In this document: positions 1 to 9,088 of the stretch, piece by piece
How the letters are laid out: each line of letters opens with the position of its first letter
How positions within the stretch are numbered: the stretch's first letter is position 1
Source of the DNA: Candidatus Obscuribacteraceae bacterium
GTDB taxonomy: Bacteria > Cyanobacteriota > Vampirovibrionia > Obscuribacterales > Obscuribacteraceae
NCBI GenBank assembly: GCA_044226015.1
Contig: JBGAHS010000002.1
Location: 1,203,435 to 1,267,434, forward strand
Length of the DNA stretch: 64,000 nucleotides
Direction: 5' to 3'
Notes under the pieces: generated by a model
Seen by the model: only the letters and a program-made list of their open reading frames with translations
Told to the model about the DNA's origin: nothing
Databases searched by the model: none
Program-made: the position numbers and the translations under genes

Positions 1-486
1 ATTACGGGGCTTAGCGCCGGCGGGTACGCCACCATATGCGGCGTCACTTTTTACAATGATTTTGCCTGCGGTTCAGCACAATTCGGAGTCAGCGATATGG
101 AATCGATGGCCCAGTTATTCCATAAGTTCCAGTCAAACTTCCTACAGACGATGATTGCCCCCTTTCCGGAACAACGAGAGGTGTACAAGAAACGATCGGC
201 TATCAACTTTGTGGATCAAATAAATTGCCCTATTTTGCTTTCTCACGGATTGCTAGATACTATTGTTCCAATTGACCAATCTGAGCGACTCGCGCATTCT
301 CTGAACGAAAAGAAAAAGCCATATGCCTATGTGAAGTTTGATGATGAACCTCACGTTTTTCGTAAAGCTGCGAACGTGAAAAAATTCATTGAAATGGAAC
401 TGGCGTTTTTTGGTGCTGTGCTTGGGTTTCAGCCTGCAGATCAAATTCCTCCTGTCAAAATCGAACATTTTCACCCGAGAAACTGA
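1..486 (+). CDS. S9 family serine peptidase (acylaminoacyl/dipeptidyl peptidase-like), 5'-truncated by window edge
   Basis: Frame is open from base 1 (ITGLSAGGY = GxSxG nucleophile); HGLLDTIV (Asp) and EPHVF (His) complete the triad. Confidence 0.85.
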   Translation: MTGLSAGGYATICGVTFYNDFACGSAQFGVSDMESMAQLFHKFQSNFLQTMIAPFPEQREVYKKRSAINFVDQINCPILLSHGLLDTIVPIDQSERLAHSLNEKKKPYAYVKFDDEPHVFRKAANVKKFIEMELAFFGAVLGFQPADQIPPVKIEHFHPRN

Positions 487-866
487 AGCGCCCGGCCCCT
501 GTAGTTTAAGCGTTTGCGGACCTCGACTTAATATGAGCCTGCGGTAATTTGTTAAGACACAGTCCTAGCGAGAGCCTTCCGCCAGCTATGTCAACTGCGA
601 TGTACGCTTAAGCAGAACCTGAATGGCACTATCCGCGGTGTAGCAGAATTGAAACACCGCCTGGACTGCGTTTGCAGCTCAGGCGCTGGTTTGACTTTCT
701 AGCTCTGCAGCAACTAAGGTCGAATAACTACTCTACTTTCATCAACCTCGGAAAAGATCTCTCAAGCTAACCCGCTGCTGCATTTGCGCAAATAAAAAAT
801 CCCGCAATGGATTGCCAACGCAGCCGGGCGAACTGTCTTTTCAAGCCAATCCGAAAGGAGTCGCTT

Positions 867-1796
867 ATGGATAAGTCATCTGTTCGCCCGCCGGCCCAAA
901 AATACGAATTCGTTCTTGGCGCTGGCGGTGTCGAAGGTCCCGCTCACATCGGGGTTCTTCGTTGCCTTGAAGAAAGGCAAGTTCCTCTCGGTAAGATAAC
1001 GGGTGCATCAGTTGGCGCGCTCATCGCGACGTTCATCGCCAACGGATACAACTCGAAACAGCTGCAGGAAATCTTCCTCAGCGAGAGCTTCCGTTATCCC
1101 AGCTGGGACCTCTGGTCGAAATGCATCCGCATGCCCGACCCGAGCAATCTCTTCTTCCCGTGGACCTTTGACCAGTCGACCTGGATGAACTACTTCATCA
1201 AGAACGCTTGGCCCTGGGTCGTGGACTTCAAGCCCTGGCTGACTCACGTAGTCAACGAGTATGGGCTGAAGCCGCAAGACAACCTGCGTCTCGTCGCCGC
1301 TGACGCTCTCACGCGCAAGCCGGTCGTCTTCCAGGGTTGCGACTATGACCTCGTCGACGGGCTCACTGCCTCTACTGCAGCGATATCCGGTCTCGGCATG
1401 CGTCCCCTCTGGATTCCGCCCAATGGAAATCACAGGGATGGACACGATGATTGTGAATCTGTCGGCGGGCATCTGCTCATCGATGGATTTTACTTCCACC
1501 CGATTCCGGCGACGCTCTGTGAGACGAAGCCCGCGATCGTGTCGAAGATCGGTTTTGCAACTCAACTGCCGAACGAGCGCTTGTCCCCCTGGGACTTCGC
1601 GATGCATCTTCGTGAGATGATGCTGGCGGTGCAGTTCGACGCGATGTTTCCGGATCCGCCCGGGCACATCATCATCGAGTCCGGAATGCGCAATGTGGCT
1701 TCGACGAATTTCGGCGTGTCGTTGCGCACGCTGGAAACCTTGATCGATCACGCGTACAAAGCAGCAAATGAAAAGCTGGCGCGTGAACTGCCCTAA
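867..1796 (+). CDS. Patatin-like phospholipase
   Basis: GAGGVEG glycine loop, GASVG (GxSxG), IDGF (DG motif); RBS aaggag before ATG 867. Confidence 0.85.
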   Translation: MDKSSVRPPAQKYEFVLGAGGVEGPAHIGVLRCLEERQVPLGKITGASVGALIATFIANGYNSKQLQEIFLSESFRYPSWDLWSKCIRMPDPSNLFFPWTFDQSTWMNYFIKNAWPWVVDFKPWLTHVVNEYGLKPQDNLRLVAADALTRKPVVFQGCDYDLVDGLTASTAAISGLGMRPLWIPPNGNHRDGHDDCESVGGHLLIDGFYFHPIPATLCETKPAIVSKIGFATQLPNERLSPWDFAMHLREMMLAVQFDAMFPDPPGHIIIESGMRNVASTNFGVSLRTLETLIDHAYKAANEKLARELP

Positions 1797-1832
1797 CAGG
1801 TAGGCAGATTGCAGCATGCGGAATTTACCTGG

Positions 1833-1885
1833 CGTGCAATGAAGAACTGGCTCAATGCCTGGATCTTCATTGCACGTACTTTTTC
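1833..1885 (+). terminator. Intrinsic terminator after patatin gene
   Basis: cgtgcaatgaaga...tcttcattgcacg inverted repeat followed by tactttttc. Confidence 0.6.
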
Positions 1886-1948
1886 TCTCCGGATCTACTA
1901 TGCCACTACGTAGACAACAGGTAGTGTACGACAGCCACTGCTGAGGAG

Positions 1949-2060
1949 TCCCAAAGCGCAACTGCAAATGCGTAGCTCCCAAAGCGCGTAGCAGCTCCCT
2001 AAAGCCACGAGCTAATACGTAACAGCTCCCTAAAGCGTCACCTGCATATGCGTAACTCCT
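1949..2060. repeat. Degenerate short repeat array, core tccc(t)aaagc x4
   Basis: Cores at about 1949, 1977, 1996 and 2027; units 1 and 4 also share aaagcg..ctgca.atgcgta.ctcc. Confidence 0.55.
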
Positions 2061-2740
2061 CAATGGATTCTAAGGCGATAACCTATTCGCGGAATATTTT
2101 CGATGTACGAACTATCATCTGCATCACCGTCGTCGATTTTTTTGCGCAGGCGCTTTATAGCCGTACGTAGAGCTTCTGGTCCAGCCTCGCTGTCATCACT
2201 CCAGACCCGTGAAAGAAGGGCATCGGTACTAAATACGGTATCAGGATTGCGCATCAAGAACTCCAGTAAAGCAAAGTCTCTGGGCATAAGTTGAATCTCT
2301 TTGCCATCCTTGCTTATGCGGTGCTTTGCGATATCGAGTTTCAGACTTCCCACTTCCAACATGTTTGAGTTCATTGCCACCGGGCGCCTTAAGAGAGCCC
2401 TTACACGCGCAGACAGCTCCTTGAGGCTAAACGGTTTTGTAAGATAATCATCCGCACCTGCATCAAGACCTGAGACCCGGTCGGTGATTGCATCACGCCC
2501 GGTCAAGATCAACACCGGCATGCTTCCTTTGCTTAGGCGGTAACGTCTGCATATTTCAAGTCCACTGATCCCGGGCAATTCCCAATCTAGTATTGCAAGG
2601 TCGTAGGATGAAGATTTGATTCGGTCGTAGCCATCATTACCATCTGTACAGAGCACCACTTCGTAATGCTCTGTGGCAAGCCATGAACTGATGGTTGCAG
2701 CCATCTCAGCATCGTCTTCAACTAGCAGAATCTTTGCCAT
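2060..2740 (-). CDS. OmpR/PhoB family response regulator
   Basis: KILLVEDD, LDWELPG, GADDYLTKPF receiver domain; winged-helix C-terminus (RLRKKI...RIGYRL). Confidence 0.92.
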   Translation of the reverse strand: MAKILLVEDDAEMAATISSWLATEHYEVVLCTDGNDGYDRIKSSSYDLAILDWELPGISGLEICRRYRLSKGSMPVLILTGRDAITDRVSGLDAGADDYLTKPFSLKELSARVRALLRRPVAMNSNMLEVGSLKLDIAKHRISKDGKEIQLMPRDFALLEFLMRNPDTVFSTDALLSRVWSDDSEAGPEALRTAIKRLRKKIDDGDADDSSYIENIPRIGYRLRIH

Positions 2741-2890
2741 AGTAAGTGGGGCGGGGTTTAACAGCAAGCACAGTCTAGCATTATCTCATTTAATCTGATG
2801 GTCTCAGTTTCGCCACAGATCAACCACAGTTCCACCATTTGTTTTTCCTAGTATTCAGTCATCGGGAATGCCTGCAGCGCAGGCGAACAA

Positions 2891-3595
2891 ATGGGGAGAA
2901 GCGACATGGGCAAAGAACTTACAGAAGCAAAAAATCAAGAAGTAGAAACAAGTTCCTCAAATGAGCAAAGCAGCGCCAAAGGCAGATTGCTGGAAGATTA
3001 TCTGAATTCCTCGGATTTCAAAACTCAAAATGATATTGGAGACAAATTCTCGGGCGGAACAGATGCAGCAAAAGATCCATCTGGACTGAAAGATGGAAAA
3101 GCACTCGAGAAAAAAGATAACGAATCAGGGTCACCCAGTGGCTTACCTGAACTGTCGATAAGTGATGCAAAGAACAACAACAACAATGAAAAAGGCAAAA
3201 ATTCCGAAAAAGAAGAAATTTCCGACTCTCAAGACGCTAGCGAACAGGTAGCCGAAAAAGGCGAGGGCGAAAACAAGTCAAAAGATGATGACGATTCGAA
3301 ACAACAAGGCTCAGAAGTGGAAAGCAACAAGCCTTACGACAGCCCTCAAAAGAAACGAGAAGAAGGAAAACAAGAAAACGAGGATGAAGCCGGGAAATCA
3401 GCTGAATCGGGTGCTCCTCAACTCAAGACTGACGAATCTGGAAAAACTAGTGAATCTGAAAGCGGCAGAGAAAAATCTGACCAAACCGACGACGATGTGG
3501 ACACTGACAAGCCTGCTAGTTCTCCCCAGGAAAAGGGTGGAAATGAACAGAGCAAAGCTGGCAATTACCTGCCCGAATTAGTACTGGTCGCCTAA
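2891..3595 (+). CDS. Low-complexity charged (S/E/K/D/N-rich), probably disordered hypothetical protein
   Basis: 234-aa ORF divergent from the regulator; RBS-like ggggag before ATG 2906; two LPEL motifs. Confidence 0.65.
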   Translation: MGRSDMGKELTEAKNQEVETSSSNEQSSAKGRLLEDYLNSSDFKTQNDIGDKFSGGTDAAKDPSGLKDGKALEKKDNESGSPSGLPELSISDAKNNNNNEKGKNSEKEEISDSQDASEQVAEKGEGENKSKDDDDSKQQGSEVESNKPYDSPQKKREEGKQENEDEAGKSAESGAPQLKTDESGKTSESESGREKSDQTDDDVDTDKPASSPQEKGGNEQSKAGNYLPELVLVA

Positions 3596-3717
3596 AGGCG
3601 ATATTGACTAAATACCTTACTAGTTTTCCTAGACGATGCCCAAGCCTCGCAGCGGTTGTAACCCAACCGCTGCTTCCTGCTTTACGTCGCTGCTAAGTTT
3701 CGGGCACTTCAAACACG

Positions 3718-3743
3718 AAATTTGATCGATATCGATCAAATTT
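3718..3743. repeat. Perfect 26-bp palindrome
   Basis: aaatttgatcgat|atcgatcaaattt. Confidence 0.8.
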
Positions 3744-4137
3744 GAACTTTTTACTCCCTTTCCGAGCGCTATCGCATGACAACACCAGGTCTGCTCAACG
3801 ACCCATCCCTCGCCTCTGGTAGATCCCTGACATCCTCGCTTAACATCTGCTAAGGCTTCCCTCGCTAGCTGCGTTAACTTCCATCCAGTTGTAAAGTAAC
3901 AATTGCATCGAAATTATTGCTTCTTGGGCTGCCAATTCCTTAGCTTAAGGACGCAATTTCCTCTCCCCACTTTCACAGGTCTAAACCCAGAGCCACTCAA
4001 AACCTACGCCAAAATCCTCTCGGCAGTGTCTGCTCTGGTTTTGAATTGCTATTCAGTTGCGCGCGCATCTGAGTAGTAATGTGCCTTTTGGAAGTGTGGA
4101 CAAGGAAGTTGAAGTCTCAAATCCTAACCTGGAGAAA

Positions 4138-4506
4138 ATGCACATGAACGTTCTGCTCTTCATCCCCGCGTTGCTTCTCGGCTTCCCGTTCGTCGTCGGG
4201 TCCTGGATCGCCGCGTCCCGCGTCTACAAGTTCCTCGCCTCGAAGTTCAGCGGCCAGACCTCCTTCGTGGTCACGCTCTGCCTCGCGGCCGCTGTCCTCA
4301 GCCTCCTCACCGCTCCGGCGTGGCTCATCGGCTGGCAGGGTTACGCGATCGTCTGCGCCGTCTACGTCATCTTCGTCGGTGTCGGCGCTCCGCACATCCG
4401 TCGCCTCCTGAAGTTCCTCGCCATCGAGCTGGACTCCGACCCGACCAACGACGTCCCGCTGCCGGAAGACGAGGTCAAAACGAAGGACGCCCCCAAGAAG
4501 GACTAA
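4138..4506 (+). CDS. Small multi-pass membrane protein
   Basis: RBS ggag at about 4131; 3-4 hydrophobic segments; strongly C-ending codons; hairpin follows. Confidence 0.75.
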   Translation: MHMNVLLFIPALLLGFPFVVGSWIAASRVYKFLASKFSGQTSFVVTLCLAAAVLSLLTAPAWLIGWQGYAIVCAVYVIFVGVGAPHIRRLLKFLAIELDSDPTNDVPLPEDEVKTKDAPKKD

Positions 4507-4560
4507 CAATCCTTCGACATGCGTCGCGTCTGAGTACCAAGTACTGAGTAAGTAACAAGC

Positions 4561-4605
4561 CCAGTAGGGAAGAACCCAGTTCTTCCCTACTGGTGCTTTG
4601 CTTTC
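4561..4605 (+). terminator. Intrinsic terminator
   Basis: ccagtagggaagaac-cca-gttcttccctactgg followed by a T-rich tract. Confidence 0.7.
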
Positions 4606-4677
4606 TTGCCTCAAAATCCGACGTTTTGTTTTTTCAGCCATTCTCTTATACGTTATAGTATTACGCCGCAGCGTCAA

Positions 4678-4794
4678 GTATCCTTCGATGCCGCCAGGAT
4701 GATATTGACCCCAAGCAGGATCCCAACAGACTCGCCACGCGTATCCTTCGATGCCGCCAGGATGATATTGACCCCAAGCAGGATCCCAACAGAC
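4678..4794. repeat. Exact 54-bp direct repeat x2 (63-bp period)
   Basis: gtatccttcgatgccgccaggatgatattgaccccaagcaggatcccaacagac at 4678-4731 and 4741-4794. Confidence 0.95.
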
Positions 4795-4884
4795 GGACCT
4801 AAGCAAGCACCTGTGCCAGCCAGCAGCTAGACGCGGATCCCTCCTTTAAGTAGAATCATCCTCAGCGTTTCGGGAACGTTCAGC

Positions 4885-6378
4885 TTGGACGATAATCAAA
4901 AAATTCAAAGCACTCAGACATTCGCCGAAAGGCTTGCCCTGAAGCTTGACCACAAGAATAGCGTCCCGCTATATCGGCAACTCAGTGAACGACTGCGCGA
5001 GATGATTCTCAGCCTGAAACTTATGCCAGGAGAACTCTTACCTTCGACTCGCGAACTCGCCATAGCTCTCAATGTCTCGAGAAAAACTGTTTTTCGCTGT
5101 TATGAGGACCTGCAGAGTCAGGGCTTCATCAAAACCGAATCTGGCTTAGGAACTTACGTAAACAACTCAAACTTTGCCAACACCAAGAGCACCGGCGAAA
5201 ACGTCATCCAGCACAGGCTGACCGCATATGCCCAAAGTTTGCTGAACTTGCCGGACGAACCAAGCCATCAAGGTGACCATCCCGAACTGCATTTCGGCGC
5301 TCCACCAGTGTCCGAGCTGCCACTGAGCGCATGGCGCCAAATGCTTCTAAAACAACTCAGAAAAACTGATTTAGACCAGTTCTATTATGATACGGAGGCA
5401 TTCGGTTATCTGCCCCTTCGTCAGGCACTTGCTTCTTATCTCATGCGTTCTCGCGCTCTGCATTGCGATGCTGAAAACCTTATCGTTTTTTCGCATGCTT
5501 TGAGCCCACTGCGTTTGCTCGCCAAAATCATGGTCGATGCAGGAGATTCGGTGGCAATGGAAAACCCCGGCTTCCCGTTTGCAAGACAAGTTTTTAGCTC
5601 AATCGGTGCAAAAATAATTCCAGTTGGTGTTGATGCTCAAGGATTGCGTGTACAAGAGTTAGCGGCTCTAAAAGAGCCTGTGAAGCTGGTTTATGTTACA
5701 CCATCCCATCAGGATCCCTGTGGTGTAATGATGAGTCTTGAGCGAAGAAAAGAACTGCTTGCTTGGGCAAAATCGAGCAACTGTTTGATTCTCGAAGACG
5801 ACTATGACAGCGAGTTTCGCTATACAGGCTCAACACTGCCCGCTCTAATGGCTCTTGATGAGAATGAATCGGTGATTTACATTGGCGATATGTGGAAAAC
5901 ACTGTTTCCGCTAGTAAATGTCGGTTACCTCGTTTTACCATCTGGGCTTCGTTCTGTTTTCAAAAAGGCGCAATCTATTAGTTGGACCAAAGCAAGCACC
6001 AGTCTTCCTTTTTTTGATCAGCTGGCACTTACTGATTTCATGAATGATGGTCTTCTCGAAAGACATTTGCGAAAAACCAAATCAACATACGCTAGCCGTT
6101 ACAGAAACCTCATAGTAGGACTGAGTAAGCATTTCAACAATCGAATTGACTATGCAAAAGAAAGCAGCAGCATGCAGCTGTTGATAAAGTTCAAACAACC
6201 TATAAGTGATTCAGAGGTAAAAGCAACTTCGGAAGCTGCCGGCTTATCCGTAGTCTCAACAAGAGCATATTATCAAGGCAATTTTGTTCAAAACGAGTAC
6301 TTACTTGCTTTCGTGATGCTTGAAGAAACAGAGATGAGCCGCCGCCTCAAACTCTGGTCGACTTTGCTTTTTGAATAG
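4885..6378 (+). CDS. MocR/GabR family (GntR HTH + PLP aminotransferase-like domain) transcriptional regulator
   Basis: PLYRQL...LPSTRELA..LNVSRKTV HTH; YVTPSHQDP, LEDDYDSEFRY, YIGDMWKTLFP. Confidence 0.93.
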   Translation: MDDNQKIQSTQTFAERLALKLDHKNSVPLYRQLSERLREMILSLKLMPGELLPSTRELAIALNVSRKTVFRCYEDLQSQGFIKTESGLGTYVNNSNFANTKSTGENVIQHRLTAYAQSLLNLPDEPSHQGDHPELHFGAPPVSELPLSAWRQMLLKQLRKTDLDQFYYDTEAFGYLPLRQALASYLMRSRALHCDAENLIVFSHALSPLRLLAKIMVDAGDSVAMENPGFPFARQVFSSIGAKIIPVGVDAQGLRVQELAALKEPVKLVYVTPSHQDPCGVMMSLERRKELLAWAKSSNCLILEDDYDSEFRYTGSTLPALMALDENESVIYIGDMWKTLFPLVNVGYLVLPSGLRSVFKKAQSISWTKASTSLPFFDQLALTDFMNDGLLERHLRKTKSTYASRYRNLIVGLSKHFNNRIDYAKESSSMQLLIKFKQPISDSEVKATSEAAGLSVVSTRAYYQGNFVQNEYLLAFVMLEETEMSRRLKLWSTLLFE

Positions 6379-6569
6379 CATGGTAACAGATCGTTCGCTT
6401 GGGTAGCGCACAATCTAATCCCTCGCTTACCCGGCCTGGCAGCGAATAACAGCTTTTTTGCAGCAATTGGAACGCTGGTGACAGCTCCCTTAGATTAAAG
6501 GGTCCAGTGAAAACGGCATTTGTATCTCAAACGCACTTAGTCATTTCTACGACGGTGCTTTGCGCCAAA

Positions 6570-6601
6570 GGAGTCCACCTTAGCGTCTTGTTGGAGTCCA
6601 C
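6570..6601. promoter_or_regulatory. Candidate MocR-type operator: ggagtccac direct repeat x2
   Basis: Identical 9-mers at 6570-6578 and 6593-6601, between the MocR gene and the Ub-like operon. Confidence 0.4.
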
Positions 6602-6839
6602 AATAAACAATCCGTGAATTCATCCAGACTAGCGTATTTCAACGACCAACTGGCGTTGTGATCCCCTCTGGACGCGCACTAAGCTCAACTTACATCCACT
6701 TACCCACTCAAACCCCAAAGCAGCAGTTCCAACAAAACGAAACAGAACTAAACCCCAACCCAAGTTTGCGCTCATGCGTCACGCATAGAGCCACTATTGA
6801 TTTAATTGCCATTTCCCCTATTAGCAAAGAACTCCAGAA

Positions 6840-9056
6840 ATGACTTTTGAAGACACTATCGGAATGTTACTAGCATTGGTTATCGTACTCGGATTTGCCT
6901 TCATGACCCTGCGGCACGAAAAGTGCCACAAACTGCAACTCAGATTCAACGAAAAGGTCTATGCACTCTCTCTCGCGGTGAACCAGTATCGCAGTCTCAA
7001 TTTCGAACTCCAACAAGGACCCAGCGGACTCAACAAAGACAATTGCAAATTCGTGAACTCCAGCCTTGAGGAACACAAAATTGCAAAAGATGCTTGGGCT
7101 AAATTCCTGAGCACCTACACACTTGCAGTTGCGAAGCTGAAAAGCGCTCAAGATTTTCAACACGAAGTGTCTGGAGTTCCAACCTGGTGGAGACTTCCAA
7201 CCTTGCTGGAAATTGCCCTGAAGAATCTCTTCGAAGGTGAATGCAAGGATTTGCCAGACAAACTGACAACAGAAGCAACTGCCGCGAGGGAAGCAATCCA
7301 ACGGTTTGTTACAGCACAAAAGACGAATGATGCGCAACTCTGCAAACTTAATAATCAAATAAGCGGGAACAGTAAGACTATCGTTCCATTGTTCGAAGAG
7401 CTGAAACTATGGGGTCCGACCAGCCCGAGGTACCAGACAGCAGTTACTAACGTGCAAGAGCAATACCTAGAGTTGGAACAGTCCCTAAAGCTGGATCCAC
7501 TTGATCCGAAACAGGAAGCTGTCGCAAATCTAGGAAAGCAGATTGCAAAGCTCACAGCGTTACTGCACAGAGCTCTGCGTCTATTCATTTCTCTTGAAGA
7601 GATGAGATACGCTGTCGTTCGGTTGGAAACGCGAATTGAGTCGATGCGAAACGACCAACCGCTTTCGACAATGACTAATGTACGTTATATCCAAAACGGA
7701 TTCACTCTGGACGAGCCTGGTTTCGAAGTACAGAGCATGCTTGATGATTGTCGAACGCTTCTGGGACTCATGGACAAAGCCCTCCTTAACAGGCGCTTGT
7801 ATTCTTTCAGTAAGTACCATAAGTTGTGTTCAACGAAAACTGAACAGTTGAAGCGTTTGCTCGCAGAAATACTGGACGACAAGTGTTTCGTAGACGAGCA
7901 GATGCAAGCGGTCAAAAAGCAATCCACTGTTGAAGACCGGAAGTCTGACAGGAAGCATTGGACCAAGATCCGCCGATTATACAAGGCTCAGCACTGGCAT
8001 GCAGCAATGCTCAGTGTGAAAGAATTCCTGCTTGAGCACACGCCACGCGTGCAAGCAAGAGAGCAAGTCGGAAAGTTGGCAGATTCTTTCGCGCAGGTAC
8101 TTCGTGTTCTGCAAGCTTATCCGAACGCGATTTCCTTCGAGCTTGATGCTGCTTTTCAGTTGATAACAACTGAGATTAGTTGTCTGCACCAGCAGGCAGC
8201 AAGCAGCAAGGCAGACTGGGCATCGCTAGCAAAGGAAGCTCAAGAACTGGACTTCCGTCTCGTGGGTTCTTCACCTGAATCACTTCTCTTCCGCGGACAG
8301 GCAGAGTTTAATGCCTACGAACAAGCTCAAACTGAGCTGAATAAGCTCATAGAGACAGTGCGCAGATTGGACGAAGAGTTTGCCTTTTGGTGTGGTGAGG
8401 AAGCCGCAAACAAACAGCAAGAGGTGCAGAAACAAGCTTCAGAACTCATCGAAGATGCGAAGATAATCAAACAAGATTGGCAGCAATTAACTGCGCAAAT
8501 TCTTAAGAACATGGAGCTCTTGGAAGAAGCAAACACTTTACTCGAATTGGCAAAGGAGAAACATAGACTTCAAGAATTGCAAATCGAAAAACTCGAAGCT
8601 CAGCTATCGACCTGTCAAAAGGACGAAGCATACAGTCGAGTGATTTGTGGCACCAAATTCGGTGCCTGCATCTACATTCAGGATGAACAGCCTCAGAAAC
8701 TGCTTGCAAAAGCAAAGGCAAGCTTGAAGGGTCGAGACTATGAATCCATGCATCTTGATCTCCAGCAGGCGCGCGCACGCCTGTCTTCAGAGAACGTTGA
8801 GGCATGGTGGTTGTGCTTACAATTGATGGCTAACAGCGATGTAGCTTGCGCGCGTTCATTCGCCCTCAAGCATGGTTACACTCCTGGAGGCTTTGATTTG
8901 TGGTCCCAAGAGAAACTGAAGACAGACCATGAAGAACTCTATGTTCCTTCAAGTCATGCCTGTGCACACAAAGGGGGAAGCGCTTATCCAGTGATCTACC
9001 CCAACGATTTTCCTGTCATGAGCGATTATGAAGGCGGGCTAGTGCCAGCCGGATGA
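6840..9056 (+). CDS. N-terminally membrane-anchored long helical/coiled-coil protein (paralog of 18173-20026)
   Basis: TM at aa ~7-23, extensive heptads; C-terminal WWLCLQLMANS..AL.HGY motif shared with the paralog. Confidence 0.75.
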   Translation: MTFEDTIGMLLALVIVLGFAFMTLRHEKCHKLQLRFNEKVYALSLAVNQYRSLNFELQQGPSGLNKDNCKFVNSSLEEHKIAKDAWAKFLSTYTLAVAKLKSAQDFQHEVSGVPTWWRLPTLLEIALKNLFEGECKDLPDKLTTEATAAREAIQRFVTAQKTNDAQLCKLNNQISGNSKTIVPLFEELKLWGPTSPRYQTAVTNVQEQYLELEQSLKLDPLDPKQEAVANLGKQIAKLTALLHRALRLFISLEEMRYAVVRLETRIESMRNDQPLSTMTNVRYIQNGFTLDEPGFEVQSMLDDCRTLLGLMDKALLNRRLYSFSKYHKLCSTKTEQLKRLLAEILDDKCFVDEQMQAVKKQSTVEDRKSDRKHWTKIRRLYKAQHWHAAMLSVKEFLLEHTPRVQAREQVGKLADSFAQVLRVLQAYPNAISFELDAAFQLITTEISCLHQQAASSKADWASLAKEAQELDFRLVGSSPESLLFRGQAEFNAYEQAQTELNKLIETVRRLDEEFAFWCGEEAANKQQEVQKQASELIEDAKIIKQDWQQLTAQILKNMELLEEANTLLELAKEKHRLQELQIEKLEAQLSTCQKDEAYSRVICGTKFGACIYIQDEQPQKLLAKAKASLKGRDYESMHLDLQQARARLSSENVEAWWLCLQLMANSDVACARSFALKHGYTPGGFDLWSQEKLKTDHEELYVPSSHACAHKGGSAYPVIYPNDFPVMSDYEGGLVPAG

Positions 9057-9088
9057 TTCGTCTTTCACGTTGCCTGAAGGGAGGCTTC

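Noticed and set aside
1008..2063. 351-aa minus-strand ORF
   Set aside because: Antisense shadow of the patatin gene caused by C-ending codon bias
4678..4794. CRISPR array
   Set aside because: Only two units, 54-bp repeat with a 9-bp spacer, no cas genes
4117..4830. ORFs 4117-4806 (-) and 4606-4830 (+) containing repeated peptides
   Set aside because: Peptide repeats simply reflect the 54-bp DNA duplication; the minus ORF crosses a terminator and the real gene 4138-4506
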